From Cetorhinus maximus (lineage: Eukaryota), in NCBI RefSeq assembly GCF_964194155.1, contig NC_135889.1, forward strand, positions 70,060,001-70,124,000: 64,000 nt of DNA, read 5' to 3'. Both the position numbers and the translations under genes were made by a program. Under the pieces are notes generated by a model, which saw nothing but the letters and a program-made list of their open reading frames with translations, was not told where the DNA came from and searched no databases. This document shows positions 47,721 through 61,500 of this stretch, piece by piece (the first letter of the stretch is position 1; each line of letters starts with the position of its first letter).

Positions 47721-50700
47721 GATTTAATAGCATCATTTTAGATGTTTTATAAAAAATACAGATAAATTGAAAAATTGTTTTAGTCACGTAGAATTTCTCC
47801 CTCCAGTTTCTTTTCTACTCATCCTCTCTCCTCAAGATATATTGTGATAAATTTGATGCTATTGACAAACTTGGTCATAATCAAGATGCTTATAAGTCAG
47901 GATAACAATTTGTACAGTAAGGCCACTGGCTGATTTACAGGCCAAGATTATGTAAGCCATGTTTTCTTCAAATCTTCCATTCAATACATAAACCTACATT
48001 TGATTTTTATTGAAGCTGAAGACAAGTGAAAAACAAGCCTGTGCCATGCTATTGTATCATTAGCAATAAAATTGAACAATTTCTGCTTCTGTTGACTGGC
48101 TTATTTACACATTGTGCTGAGTCTACAAACCAAAGGGTAAAACCTCGGGATTGCTTCAAGCCTCATCAAATCTTCTGCTAAGCTTGGAAAATGGAACAAA
48201 ATGCAGTTGCACTGAACATACTGGAGAAAATCTCATTCTAAGCTTGAAGTAGGCATTTAGTAAGTGAAGTGGTAGGCCTCTGGTCACCAAAATACAGCAA
48301 AACATTGACAATATTCAGAATAATATACATAGTCATATGTCTGTAATAAATACTTTAGCCAGTATTCATAGAGTGAGGCATGGCTTAATTTAATAAGACC
48401 TAAATGTTTCCTTATATCACAGCAAGGAGTGTATTGGCAGTGCGACAATGCACTTTTTGTTCCGAGTCCCTTGTCCCCCTCACTCAATTACGATGCAGAA
48501 CAAGAGGTGCCAAGTTTAGCCCAGCCTATGTTAAATTCACCAACCTCAGATGAGAAGGTAGTGGAACTTGCATTCATATAATGTCATTAACATAGTAAAA
48601 TGTTCAGATAATTTTGCCGAAACATTACCAAATGAAGTTTGACACCAATCATAGTGCCTCCTTGATTGTTATGAATGATGACTATGAAATTAAGTTCAGA
48701 CTTGATGGCTTTTACTATTAAATGGCACACAAAATTATTGCCCAATTGACTCATGAAGGACTGCTAGTTGGACTCAATAATAAAGAGTCCATGAAATTTC
48801 CTCATTAATGATGTGTACTCAGAAAACAAATACTTTTGCCTTAAGATTAATGGCATTGTCATTTAGGAGCTGTTGTAAACATACTTGGAAAGCATGCTCA
48901 ACAAGATTACAAAAAGGAGTGCCTGACTGATCATGTGACATCAACACAAAAAAAGGTAATAGTCAGTAATTAGAGTTGGTCATTAAATATTTAACTACAT
49001 TTTTCAGGCACAATTTCAAATAAATTATTCCAGGTTGTACATTATGTTCAATTTTATATGAAATTTGGAAAATAATTTCAATTTAATTTTACATGTAGAT
49101 GCTATATATGAGTAGAATTATATATAGCATCTCATGCCTGATATGAAAATAGGATAGTAGTTTCTATATAGAAAATCTTTGGACCTGCAGAGAATGCAAT
49201 CTAAGTTATAGCCAAAAAGTGAAAAATAAAGATAAACAGAGTTTTAAATATAGTGCATTTCGGTGAATTTTGTCTCTGTGTGTTCTTCTCATGTTTCAGT
49301 TTTAATGCTAGGGCTTGGGCTGATTTTACAGAAGTGACATTCGGGGTAAACCTCAAAATGCCTGGTGGGCTGCTGGAAAGATCTATGGCTTGTCACCCAG
49401 GAAGTACAGCCGGTAGGGCAGGTCTCTTCCTACCGGACTACCTCAGCACCCTACTGATGCTAAATGCTTGGGTTGGGCCAGTAGCAGAAATAGGGTGGAC
49501 ACCATCATACAGGCATTCTTTATGTCAGAGGTAGTGAAGAAAAAACTACTCGGAGTTCCAGCTCCCCTTCTGATATAAGCATAGGAGAGGGGCAGAGGAA
49601 AGAAGTTCCACCTACCATTCCTGTCAGAATTTGGACAGAAATTTGTATCCTGTTTCTTCAGAAGCCGGAAATTTCTAAATTGGAGAATCTAACAATACCA
49701 AGCTTAATGATATTTATTCAAAAACACTACAGATTTACCTATCACTTAATACTCTAACTTACAAATTTTTAGATTATGAAATTCAGAAGTTTCTATTATA
49801 AGCAAAGGTTGAATCTGAGTAGTACTCATTTATATTCATTATGATAAATGTAGCTTAAAGAGAAAAATATATTATTTCAATTACATTTCTGATCATGTAC
49901 TGAATTATATTTCATTACTTTGTTCTGTTATTGGAATTCCTACATCAGTAGGATTCTGTAAAATTTGCATGGTAGTTCATTTTGAATTGATTGTTAGATC
50001 TGAACTGAACACATGAGCACATACACATCTTATTTGTAAATATGTATTTCAATATATGTATTACCCCTCCTCAACCTGATCTCGCTCCTTGGGTTTCCAC
50101 AAGAACTTTGTCAAATCAGTAGTACCATGCAGTTGCATCACTTTAAAAGTGAATAGTTGTTTTATATTACCAGACAAGCATACAAATAAGAAAATCACCC
50201 CTCTCCCATTGAAATATTAGTTACAGTGTATAATCCATTCTGCACTTCAGTCTTCAGAAATATTGTCATCTTCTTTCCTACAAATGACAAATAATCTTCA
50301 GCATTTTACTAAAAATGACTTCAAAATGTGACATACAAAGATTAAAAATGTTATTGGAAAGGCTTATTACACAAGATATAAATTTGAAGGTTTGATGTAT
50401 GTCATACCTTTTGTAAATTAAATATTAATCATGCAAATGTCATTTATTTAAAGGAAAGGAGGGGCTTTTACCAAGAAATTTGAGGATCTGAATGAGTGAT
50501 TGGCAATCTGGTGAGAAAACAACAGTTCTATTTTCCTAAATAGCTAACACTATCAGAATAAAAAGTCTGTCAAATGGCAGACAGACTACACCTAAATGAA
50601 GAGGAAACAAGGAAACATGTAAGGAACTTTTCGACAGGGACCAATAACCATTTATGCTCGACAGGTGGAGGAAGGGCAGGAAGGAAATCTGATCTCAGGT

Positions 50701-51207
50701 GAGACTGATTGCAGGGTACAAGGTAGCTAACAGGCGGATATGGATATAGAGACACCGTGGGCAGAATTTTAATGGAACTGACGCGCTTGCAGTGGGGCCA
50801 CCGGCAGTGGGTTGTGAACCCGATTGTTGCAGTGGTGGTCTTTGGCATAGCTGTTTAACTCAGCTATTGCATTAGCATCCTGCTCCTGAGTTTCTCTACC
50901 AATCACAGAGTGTGGGCATGATGACAACCCATACCTGCCTGTCAATGGAAAGATTTCTAGTTAAAGGGACCCTGACAGGAATCACAATGGCTGAATTCTA
51001 CATTAATTCATGTGCTTCAGCATCCACAGGAATGGCAGTGAAACGTGGGAAGGCTGTCTTCTCGTTTTCTGACTTTTTGAAGTTGGAGGCTGTGAAGGAC
51101 TGCATTGAAGAGCAGTTTCCTGCAGATAGGAGGAAGAGACCAGCCTTTCAAAACAAGCAGGAATGGATAGGAGTGGCTACAGAAATGAACGGCAGGAGTA
51201 GGGTTCT

Positions 51208-51687
51208 CAGAGAAGATTTACTAGGATGTTGCCGGGTCTTAAGGAGTTGAGTTACAGGGAAAGATTAAACAGGTTAGGACTTTATTCCTTGGAGCGTAGA
51301 AGGATGAGGGGAGATTTGATAGAAGTTTACAAAATTATGAGGGGTATAGACAGAGTAAATGCGAGTGGGCTCTTTCCACTTAGATTAGGAGAGATAAACA
51401 CGAGAGGACATGGCTTTAGGGTGAAAGAGGAAAGGTTTAGGGGGAACATTAGGGGGAACTTCTTCACTCAGAGAGTGGTGAGAGTGTGGAATGAGCTGCC
51501 ATCTGACGTGGTAAATGCGGGCTCGCTCTTAAGTTTTAAGAATAAATTGGATAGATACATGGATGGGAGAGGTCTGGAGGGTTATGGACTGGGTGCAGGT
51601 CAATGGGATTAGCGGAATAATATTTCGGCACAGACTAGAAGGGCCAAATGGCCTGTTTCCTGTGCTGTAGTGTTCTATGGTTCTATG
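51208..51687 (+). mobile_element. CR1 3' fragment
   Basis: ORF 51226..51612 LSYRERLNRLGLYSLERRRMRGDLIEVYKI...FFTQRVVRVWNELP; tail gttctatggttctatg. Confidence 0.93.
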
Positions 51688-53770
51688 TCCACAGCACAGC
51701 CATTCGGTCTATCGTGTCTGCGCTAGTCATCAAAGATCTGACTACACTATTCCAATTTTCCAGCACTTGGCCCTGGAGGCTATGGCAATGCAAGTGACTA
51801 TCTAAATACTTCTTAAATGTTATGAGAGTTTCTGACTCGCCCACACTTTCAGGCAGTGAGTTCCAGATTCCCACCGCCCTCTGGTGAAAAAACTTCTCCT
51901 CAGCTCCCCTCTTAGCCTTCTACCTCTTACCTTAAATCTATGCTCCCTGGTTATTGACCCCTCTAATGGAAAAAGTGCTTTCCTATCCACCCTATCTAAG
52001 TCCCTCATAATCTCATACACCTCTATCAGGTCCCCTCTCAACCTTTGTTGCTCCAAAGAAAACAACCCCAGCCTATCCAATCTTTCTTCATAGCTCAGAC
52101 CCTCCAGCCCAGGCACCATCCTGGTGAATTTCCTCTCCACCCACTCCAGTGCAATCACATACTTCCTATAATGTGGTGACCAGAACTGCACACAGTACTC
52201 CAGTTGTGTCCTAACCAACATTTTATGCAGTTCCAGCTTAACCTCCCTGCTCTTGTATTCTGTGCCTCGGCTACTAAAGGCAAGTATCCCATATGCCTTC
52301 TTAACCACCTTATCTACCTGCCCTGCTACCTTCAGGGATCTGTGGATATGCACACCAAGGTTCCTCTGATCTTCAGTACTTTCCAGGGTCCTACCATTCA
52401 TAGTGTGATAGTGTGTAATTCAAGGGATTCCTTGCCTTGTTAGCCCTCCCCAAGTGCATTACTTCACATCTTTCTAGGCTGACTTCCATTTGCCATTGCT
52501 CTGCCCACCTGACCAGTCCATTGATATCCTCCTGCAGTTGACGCCTTTCCTCCTCACTATTTACCACCCTACCAATCCTCGTCTCATCTGGAGACCAACG
52601 CAAAGTATTCATTGAAGACTGCAACCACGTCTTCTGGGCCCACACACAGATTATCTCTAATGTCCCTATATGGCCCTACTCTTTCCCTTGTTATTTTCTT
52701 GCTCTTTTTGTATTTAAAAAAACCCTTTGGGTTTTCCTTTGTTCTACCCACCATTGCTTTTTCATGCATTCTCTTAGCTTTTCTAATTTCCTTTTTCAGT
52801 TCCCCTCTGCATTTTTATATTCCTCAAAGGACTCGGCCGTATTGAGCCCTCGGTATCTGCCATTAGCTTCTCTTTTTTCCTTAATCCTAACCTTTATGTC
52901 TCTTGACATTCAGGGTTCTGCAGACTTGGTCCCCCCCACCCTTTGTCTTTACTACAATATATTTGCCCTGTACTCTCATTGTTTCCTCCTTGAATGCCTT
53001 CCACTGCTCTGACAGTTTTATCTGCAAGTAACTACTCCCAGTCCATTGGGCCAAATTGCACCTCATTTTAGTAAAATTAGCCTTTCCACAGTTTAGAACA
53101 TTTATTTCCAGCCCAGCCTTATCCTTTTCCATAACTATCCTAAATCTATCTGAGTTATGGTCACTATCTCCAATATGCTCCCCTATTGATATGCCTTCCA
53201 CCTGCCTGGGCTCATTTCCAAATATTAGGTCCAGAACTTTGATTACATATTTGATCCTTTATCTCTCCCTGACTGTTTAGGGGCCTATAGTACACACCCA
53301 ACAGCGTGTCTTCCCCTTTTGTTTTTTTTTACTTCTACCCATATGGCTTCACTTGATGATCCTTCCAAGATATCATCCCTCCTCACTGCTATAATTGATC
53401 CCTTGATCAATATTGCAAACCCCCCCCCTCATCCTATCCCCCTCTCTATCTCATCTGAATACCTTATAACCAGGAATGTTGAGCTGCCAATCCTGCACTT
53501 TTAGCCAAGTCTCGGTCATAATTATGATATCATACTCCCACGTGCCTATCTGGGCCCTCAGCTCATTTGCCTTATTCCTCAGGCTCCTTGCATTAAAATA
53601 TATTCCATTTAACCTTGCTAAACTCACTTCTTTCTTATCTAGCCTGTTTCCACTGCCTTCCAGACTCACTTACTAGCATTTTAACTTCTAATTCCATCTC
53701 AGCTTCTCTCCCCTCTGAGCTTCTTTTCAGGATCCCATCCCCCTGCCAATTTAGTTTAAATCCGCCCCAA
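51688..53770 (-). mobile_element. CR1 with APE endonuclease retained and RT core deleted
   Basis: GIYFNARSLRNKANEL...TETWL; IGDSDHNS; NEYFALV joined directly to DETRIG at ~52585; ORF 51820..52401 C-terminus. Confidence 0.9.
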
Positions 53771-54563
53771 GGATGGATGGCATGGGCATCTCAGCTGATA
53801 GAGTAGAGGAATGAGCAGCCTGTCTCTAGCTTTACCAAAGCTACAATGGTAGCACCGCATAGAGATAATCAGAAGACAAAAGGAAAGACTTTTTATGTTG
53901 CACAAGGGATTCACTTGGGTAATCATAAAAATGTTAATGCCTTAATTTATTGCAAAATGTAAATGAGGCATACACTTTATTGTAAGTTTCCACTGCCCAT
54001 TCATCTCCATTATTGCCTCCTGTTCAAAAAGACATTAGCCTTCAGGAGAATGGGTGACCAGAGTGAAAGATGGGCAAAGGATCTGAATCAGATGGAGAGA
54101 TTTCTGACTGTGGGAATGATTTGTGTTTAGGGGGTGTGCAGGGCAATGAGTTTCACATTGTTGTGCCATTTTGGCTTCACATAGTCAGGATATCTGAGAC
54201 ATTCCTGGATGAGTTCTTCATGGGCTTCTCTGGCAGCTGGGGCACCTTGACCGCTTCAGGTTCCTCCTCATCTTGCTCCTCCTCCTCTTCTGAGGATGCA
54301 ATGTTGTCCTCATCTTCCTCCTCCTACAGCTCCAGTCCATTCCTCAGCACAATGTTATGCAAGGCACAGCAGACCATTATCACTCAGGAGACCCTTCCAG
54401 GTGCAAATTGATGTGTAACCCAGATCTGTGCAAGCACCTGAATCACATCTTCAGCAACACAATAACTTGCTGTATGAGTATTCTTGTGCTTATTTAACAT
54501 ACCTTTCCTCTGCATCAGTGGTAGGAATCCTCTTGAGTGTTAGCAGCCATGTGTGCAGCCTAT

Positions 54564-54734
54564 GGCCGGGATTTTCTGACACCACCATGTCAGGACCCGC
54601 CACGGGAGATTCGGTGGCCCAGCCAAAAGTCCATTGACTTTTGGCAGGACTGGGTGATTGCAGTGACGGACTGGGGATGTGGTGGGGGAGGGTGGGGGGG
54701 TGGTGCGGGGTTGGGGTGTGTGGAAATCCCACTC
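54564..54734. mobile_element. Short MITE inside the Harbinger transposase
   Basis: Termini ggccgggattttc / gaaatcccactc; ccattgactt core as in 3210-3326. Confidence 0.65.
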
Positions 54735-55493
54735 AATGACTCTGTACCTGTGGGAATCCAGCAAGTGTGAGAGTCCTCTGGTTCTGACTGTCCGCATTAG
54801 TGCCAAAGTGGATATAAATAGCAACCCTGGCCACCTTAGCATAAGTCACCTGGAAAATGTATTTGTGGGCAGCAGATTGTGAAATTCTGTAGATCACACA
54901 AGCAGATCCCTGAAACAAACTGGAGATGAAGAAATTCAGGGCTGTGGTTATCTTGACAGTCACTGGCAATGTGCGCCCCCCCCGGTTCACTGGGAAGGAG
55001 GATTTACTTCAGGAGGTTGCAGATGTCAGCAGTAACCTGCTCTGAAAGCCTGAGTCTCCTGAGGCACTGGTGCTCATATTGGGAAAGTTAATTTCTGCCT
55101 GTATACCTGGTGCTGGAGGTATCACTTGTTTCAAGCTGAACACCACCTCTGTGTCCTGTAGAGCAGCATAAGGCTGAGGAAAATGCAGCTGCTGCATGCT
55201 GTAGGTGTTCCTTCAGCTGCTAGCTTTGGTATCGCTGCTCCTCTTGCTCCTCATCAGTGGTCCAAAGTAGAGCTGCATAGGCTGTTCCCATGCTGCCTTG
55301 AAAGCTAACAGCAAGGAAGTGCAGATCAAGTTGGAGAAAGTGTAAGATAGATGAAATGACTTACAAAAGATCAGAAATCACCTTTAAACCAGTGAAAGCA
55401 CACACTTGTTGATTCTGGCATGTTTCACACAGCTTGGAAAATTCATCCTCTGGCTGTAAAAGTCAGAATACTGGGCGAAAGGCACAACTAATT

Positions 55494-56342
55494 GGCCATT
55501 CACATATTGAATTTACAGGCATCTCCACAGGGGTTTCCTGCACACCTATAAATGTGCCCTGGTAAAAACCGGAAGTGAGCTGGATCATGTTGGATGTCCA
55601 ACATGCTAGAATATTTGGGTCATTCCCCCACCTCCCCGGCCCCCACCACTCCCCCCGCCCATCCCCACCACTGGCACCAGAACATGCGCCCTCATTTCTG
55701 ACAGATGAATCTGCAACACTGCTCTGCCGCCATACCCATGATAGGTTAGGATGTGTGTTGACCCCAACAACCCCCATCAAACTTCAGAATAACTTGCATG
55801 CATTATTTTGGTTGGGGGAGGTAGGAAATTGCTGGAAGTGCCAAGTCACAGGAGGAGCGCTGGCAGGTCCAGGTGACAAAAGGTTTTTTTAAAAAATACA
55901 AATTTGTCTCTATAACAGAAAGGCCTTAAGTAGCCAAATGACTGACTGCCATAAGAAAATTGCCCATTTCAAATTTGGACCTTACTTCCACAACCTGATA
56001 ATACTTACTTTATGCAGGTGTGAAATATACCAGGGTGACCAGAGACAGAACTGGCAAGAAATCCACCATTTGCATCATCTCACCCAGTGCTGTTTCCATC
56101 TCTGATGATGGCTGGACAAGAGACAGATGAAATAACCACAACCACGACCCACCGTGTCCACCAAACACCCAAGGAAGCAGCTGAACATCAAAAAAAGGAC
56201 AAGGGTGGTTTAATGCCCCAAATATTTCAGTGTGTTGGACACTCCACATGATCCAGCTCACTTGCTGGTTTTACCAGGGCACATTTATAGGTTTGCAGGA
56301 AATCTCTGTGGAGATGTCTGTAATTTCATTATGTGAACAGCC
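55494..56342. mobile_element. Foldback/MITE with ~130-bp terminal inverted repeats
   Basis: 55494-55624 is the reverse complement of 56212-56342 (e.g. cctataaatgtgccctggtaaaa, aagtgagctggatcatgt). Confidence 0.85.
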
Positions 56343-56519
56343 AAAATTAAGAGGTCCCACCTTATTTCTGCTTCACCCACCACTGTAACTTTCCCAGTTC
56401 AGTGTAAATCAGAAGAAATTTTAGGACCAGAAACACAGAGACCTAAATGAATTTGAGACCAGGAAGCTTGAGGTCATGAAAGAAGGCAAAACATAACAAG
56501 CCTGCTCAAAAACTCAGAA

Positions 56520-57760
56520 ATAAGATGACAGATGCAGCTATTGTGATCATAGGAAAAAATAATGTAGGAATATCTGAAACATGGCTTAGTCAAGAGGATG
56601 GTAATGAATATAATATTCTGGGGGCATAGAGTATTCAGAAAGGAATGGACAGAAAAAAAGCAGGCATAGTTTTGTGGATGGGAAACCTGGAGATAAATGA
56701 ATAAAGTATGAGAAAAGGACAGAGAACAGAAAGATTATTTTAATGGGTGGATTCAGTTAACCCAAGTGTTTCTAGAGTCAAATTTAATAAATGCAAAGCA
56801 TAAACTGTTTCTTGACAGTGCATCAGGGAAGCAATCACAGCCAGTATTTAACTTGGAAATGTGCTAATATGTGCCTATATTCAAGAAGATAGACAAAACA
56901 AAGGCAACCACAAACCTATTAGTCTTCTGTTCTATGTAAAAATAAAGGGTTTAATTATTAGGGGCAAACTCAATAATTAAGTATACAATAAAATAACTTA
57001 GTAAACAGGAGTCATAAGACAAATAGTCAGGATGACCATCTCTTTGACTTCTTCAAGGAACTGACAACACAAGGGGACCATGGAAGCCCTACACATAATA
57101 GGTACACTAGGCTTCCAATAGGAATTTGACAATATTCCCCACAAAAGACTGTTAGTTAAGTTCAAAGTTGGAGGAATGCAGAGTAAATCTTGGGGAGTGA
57201 TAAGAAATTTGGCAGAGGGTTGAAAATAATAAGTATTTGTTAGAGAAGTTACAATGCCATGAGAAAAAGCGTTAAATGAGAGATCCCAGAGATTGGTGTT
57301 GGAACATCTAATGTTTCCAATTTACATCAATGACTTGAATTCAGAAACCCAATGCAAATCAAGGGCTTGCAGAGGGGACAGTGGAAATACAGAGGCAACT
57401 CAGAAAGTACAGAGTGATTTACACAAGCCAATAGACAGAGCAATGGCAAATGAAATTTAATGTGGACAAGTGCAGAGTACCACAAAAAGGAAGGAAGAAT
57501 GGCAACCTCATGTACTCCTTGCGTAAATACATGGAAATTGAGTTGATAGTTATCTAGATGTTTGGCATGTCAAATCACAACAGAGCCACAATTAACAAAA
57601 GAGTGTGTTAAACTAAATATGTAAAACAGTTAGGACATAAATCAGGGAAAGACAGGCCATAACTTAAGTACTGTGACAATTTTTGGTCACTGAGGCAGAA
57701 ACAAAACGTTCATGTTTGACTGGAGAGAGTGTAGAAGAGATCCACAAGGCAGATCCATTC
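56520..57760 (+). mobile_element. Very old CR1 ORF2 remnant
   Basis: Residual GISETWL, FDNIPHKRL, IYINDL and WQMKFNVDKC motifs. Confidence 0.6.
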
Positions 57761-58511
57761 ACCCCTACACTTGAGAGGGTAGGTGGGGGTGGTCACAGTG
57801 GCTTGGAAAAGCTGATATGGTGAAGGTCTTGCTTAATTTGTCAGGACCTCGTTTGAATTTTGTCTTCTTCTTACCTGATTGGCAGCCAGCCAGTTTAAGA
57901 GATTGGCTGGCTGTTCGAGGAGTGGGGCTGTTGGTGAATGGGACATATTGTTTGGTAGTATTAAGATGTAGCCAATGGCTACAGACTGCATTTTGGGCAA
58001 GCTATGTGAGGCAAGTTGTGGCCCTCAGAGACACCCATTCTGTTCCTTCCTCAGTCACTGTGCTACCTCACTCCCATGATATCCCTTACCTCTTCACCTT
58101 ACCCATTTCTCTTCCTACCATCCTTTATTCCTAACACTAGCTCTATTTTTTCAACTTGCAACAACCCACTTAACTTCTGTATCCTCCATATTTCCTTTTC
58201 TCTGCTGTCAATTCCCCAACCTTTACCTCATCCATTCTCTCCCACTCTCACTTAGGCCCCCAAAGGATAATAGCAAAAGGTCAGATGTTTGATCAATCAA
58301 CATAAAGTTCCCTTCTCTGCAACCCTCCCCCTCTTCCCTTTCTTCTCACATTTTCTCTCAAAGAAACTTTGTTTTTAAAATCCAACTTGTTTCTTTTAAA
58401 AATCAAAGTTTGAGGAAAGGAACTACCTTATTGCATTTATCTCCATTTTTATCTTGTTCTCTGTTTCTTTGTCTTTCTCCTATGCTGTCTTAAAGATAAT
58501 AGAAATACAGT

Positions 58512-61500
58512 GGGCTAAATAGGACACCTTGTGAAAGTGGGCATGGGATCATGAAACGCGATTACCCCATGCCCATTGTGTAATCCAGGCAGCAATCATG
58601 CAAATTTGTGCTGCCTCCTCATTACCATGATTGAAACATCCAACCAGTGCTAACCACGTTGTTGATTGCTTCACACCTCAGTAGGGGGTCCAAAATCATG
58701 AAAGGGCAACACGACTTAAAACCAGCCTGCAGCTCTCAAAGGGGTAGCACATTGTGGCTGCAACAGGTGGCAGAGGTCCGTGTACGAGACATGGAAAAAG
58801 ACTGAATAATGGCACAATATGGGAGGAAACTTGCTCCAAGGTTATTGGTGTTGCACTGGAGGCCATGATAAAGGAGCTGGAAAGGAGAGGAGCAGTGCTA
58901 TATCCACAGGGGCCCAGGAGATCACTCCGATAGCCGTAGAAGTCAGTGCTAGAAGTCAAGGCCCAAGGGCCTGGGCACAATGTGGCAAAATGTTCAGTGA
59001 CATCACATGAGTGGTCACAGTTTCTGAATTCATCCTCAAATGCCATATCCCACCAGCTGCACCACCAGCCTCACACACTCCTCAGTGCACCACACCCTCT
59101 TCGTTCCATCAAACAGGACTCATACCTAACATTCATAGCTGCACCTCACCCTTAGCAATGTTGCAAGTCTCACTCCTACATCTCATAGCTTGTAAACACT
59201 ACCAGTTATTCAACCATGACAGCCACATCAAACAAACAAATTGCACAACACTCACTGACACACTTCCTTCTCTCTTGCAGGTCAAGGTGGCACATAAACC
59301 CAGGCAGCAGGAGCTAAGTGGTGGGGGACAGGCATGACTTCATGTTCTTACCCACAGCGAGGAGACCATGCTTGTTATCATTGGAACGTCACCATTGGGC
59401 CAGCAGTGGGACTAAAACGACAGAAGATGAGAGTATCCTCATATCTCTTCTCACATCTCACTTCCCCCCTCACCCCACAAAAGCTTCTGATTTACAGGCT
59501 GCAGATAATGTACACGTTCACCTCTTGCTTCCCATCACCATCTCTGCTCCACAATCTTACCCTTGTGCCTTTCTCCATTCAGAAATCCATGAGGTGTCAA
59601 CTCACCAGGCACAAGGTGTCAGTTCACCGGAGGATGAGACTACACACGAGTTCTGTGCAGAGTCCTCAGATGAGCACTTTGCTGGGGTAACCTAAAGAAC
59701 AGGGCTGCTAACTACGCACAACAAAATGCTTGGTGCATTGGAAGCCTGCCAGAAAACCTGTGTGCAATATTAAGGAGCATTGAGAAGTCCAGCACCAATT
59801 TTGCACAGGGATTTGTGCTGAGCTTGAATCCCATCATATTCAGCATGGCAAACTCCAAAGGTACACTTGTGGACCAAATCATGATGCAGTGTCTGATGAC
59901 TGATGGCTTAGCTTCCTATGCAGCATGATATCTCAGTGCTGAAGTGGAAGGTAAGACTTTTGCCAAAAAGGATGTGGATGTCAGTGTTCAAAGATGCTAG
60001 CAGAGTGTCACAGTAGTCCAATAATGTGTCCTCCAACAGATTACTAGTATTGGTGAGACAACAGCACCCCCCCACCCAACCCCAGGAGAGTGATGGTGGC
60101 GCTGTGGAGCACAACCTGCTGTTCTCTAGGATGACATCATTTGTGCTTCCACCCGTACCACGTACCCTTGCTCTTGCTGGTTAGCCAGCCTGGACTGCTG
60201 CTGCTCATGCTGAGGTGGTGGAGTCTGAAGCAGGGCATTTAAGAGCCAGACCTACTCAAAGTTCTCCTGCAAGAGCACCTGCAATCTCCCCCGTGAAAGT
60301 CAGCAGCCTTCCACCAGCCATGCTGCAGCCACTGGGGTAGCACTGTGTAGCAGCATTAGGACAGGAAAAGGTGCCCGCAAGACAGGTACTAAGGGTTTCA
60401 TTTATTTTTGCATGCAGTATAGCATGCTTTGATTTATATAGCTTGAAGTGTTAATTTTGTGTTGGCTTTTATTTTTGCATTGGACCATGCAGCTGCTATG
60501 ATGGCCATTAACCAAGGGAAGGTAAGGAGTGGCACTGTTGGTGAAGTTGCAGTTGAGGGTACAGTAGTTGCCAGATTTCAGTGAGGATGTCCTTATTGAA
60601 GTGCAGGTGTCTCACACAATGTTTCCTGCCAAGGTTCAGGTCAGAGAATTGCTCCCTAAACACCCTGGATGGATATGACCTTCTGCTGAAAGCCCTGCTC
60701 CCCCTTCACCTTCACTTCCCTCTTCCAACAGCTTTCTTTGCTTTGAACCAGCTCTGCAAATCCTCCCTGTCATGCTGTTTTCCAAAGGGAAATGCCTACT
60801 ATTGTACCCATGTCTGGGAGGAACTAATTGGTGCAAAAGCCTTGAAATCAGGACAAAATCCTTCAGCAAAACCACACCACTCCCTGTTGTTATGATCCCA
60901 GCTGATGTTACTACGAGACAAGTCAGATCCCAGGGTGGAACCCGGCTCAATAGATCCTAACTTTTATTTTTAGTTCAGAAACATAGAGAGTGACTACTGA
61001 ACAGAATCACAGGAGTCAGCTGATGAACTTTTAACAAAAGAATAAAATATTTATTAAACAAGAGAAGATTAACTATATTACAATACTCCTTCACCCACAA
61101 CTATGCCTTTACAGGCATATGCAGATTTGTAAGGATAACAAGTTACAAAAGCTATCTTGTACTCTAATGTTCACAGTAAATACACAGTCCATGTAAACCA
61201 ATAGGCAACCTGTGGTCAGGCACACCACACTCTGAAACCAAGATGCCACCTCAAACAGATGCTATAGATCTCTCATCTACTCCCCCCAGGTGCTTGTCAC
61301 ACTGTGAGTCAACCAGCCTCACTGAACTCTGTCTTTCACACAAGGGTTTCCAATCTCCACTCCATAAAAACCTGCCTTAGAATCTTCTCCCAAATGACGC
61401 TTTCTCTCGGATGCTTTCCACAAGGGCCCACCTCCAAGGTTTTGAACTCTCCTGATATTCCTCTACCCTGGATCGCCACGTGTATTCAAGTTTTGTTCCA

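Larger units (their letters stand above)
50759..55448. mobile_element. Two-gene Harbinger (Myb + at ~51030-51210; transposase - at 55291-54180) with two CR1s and a MITE nested inside
   Basis: TIR gggcagaatttt / aaaattcatcc; Myb-like KQEWIGVATEMNGRSRVLR; transposase QCLRRLRLS, LPVTVKITTALNFF, LAGFPQVQ, VCCALHNI and acidic tail. Confidence 0.75.
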
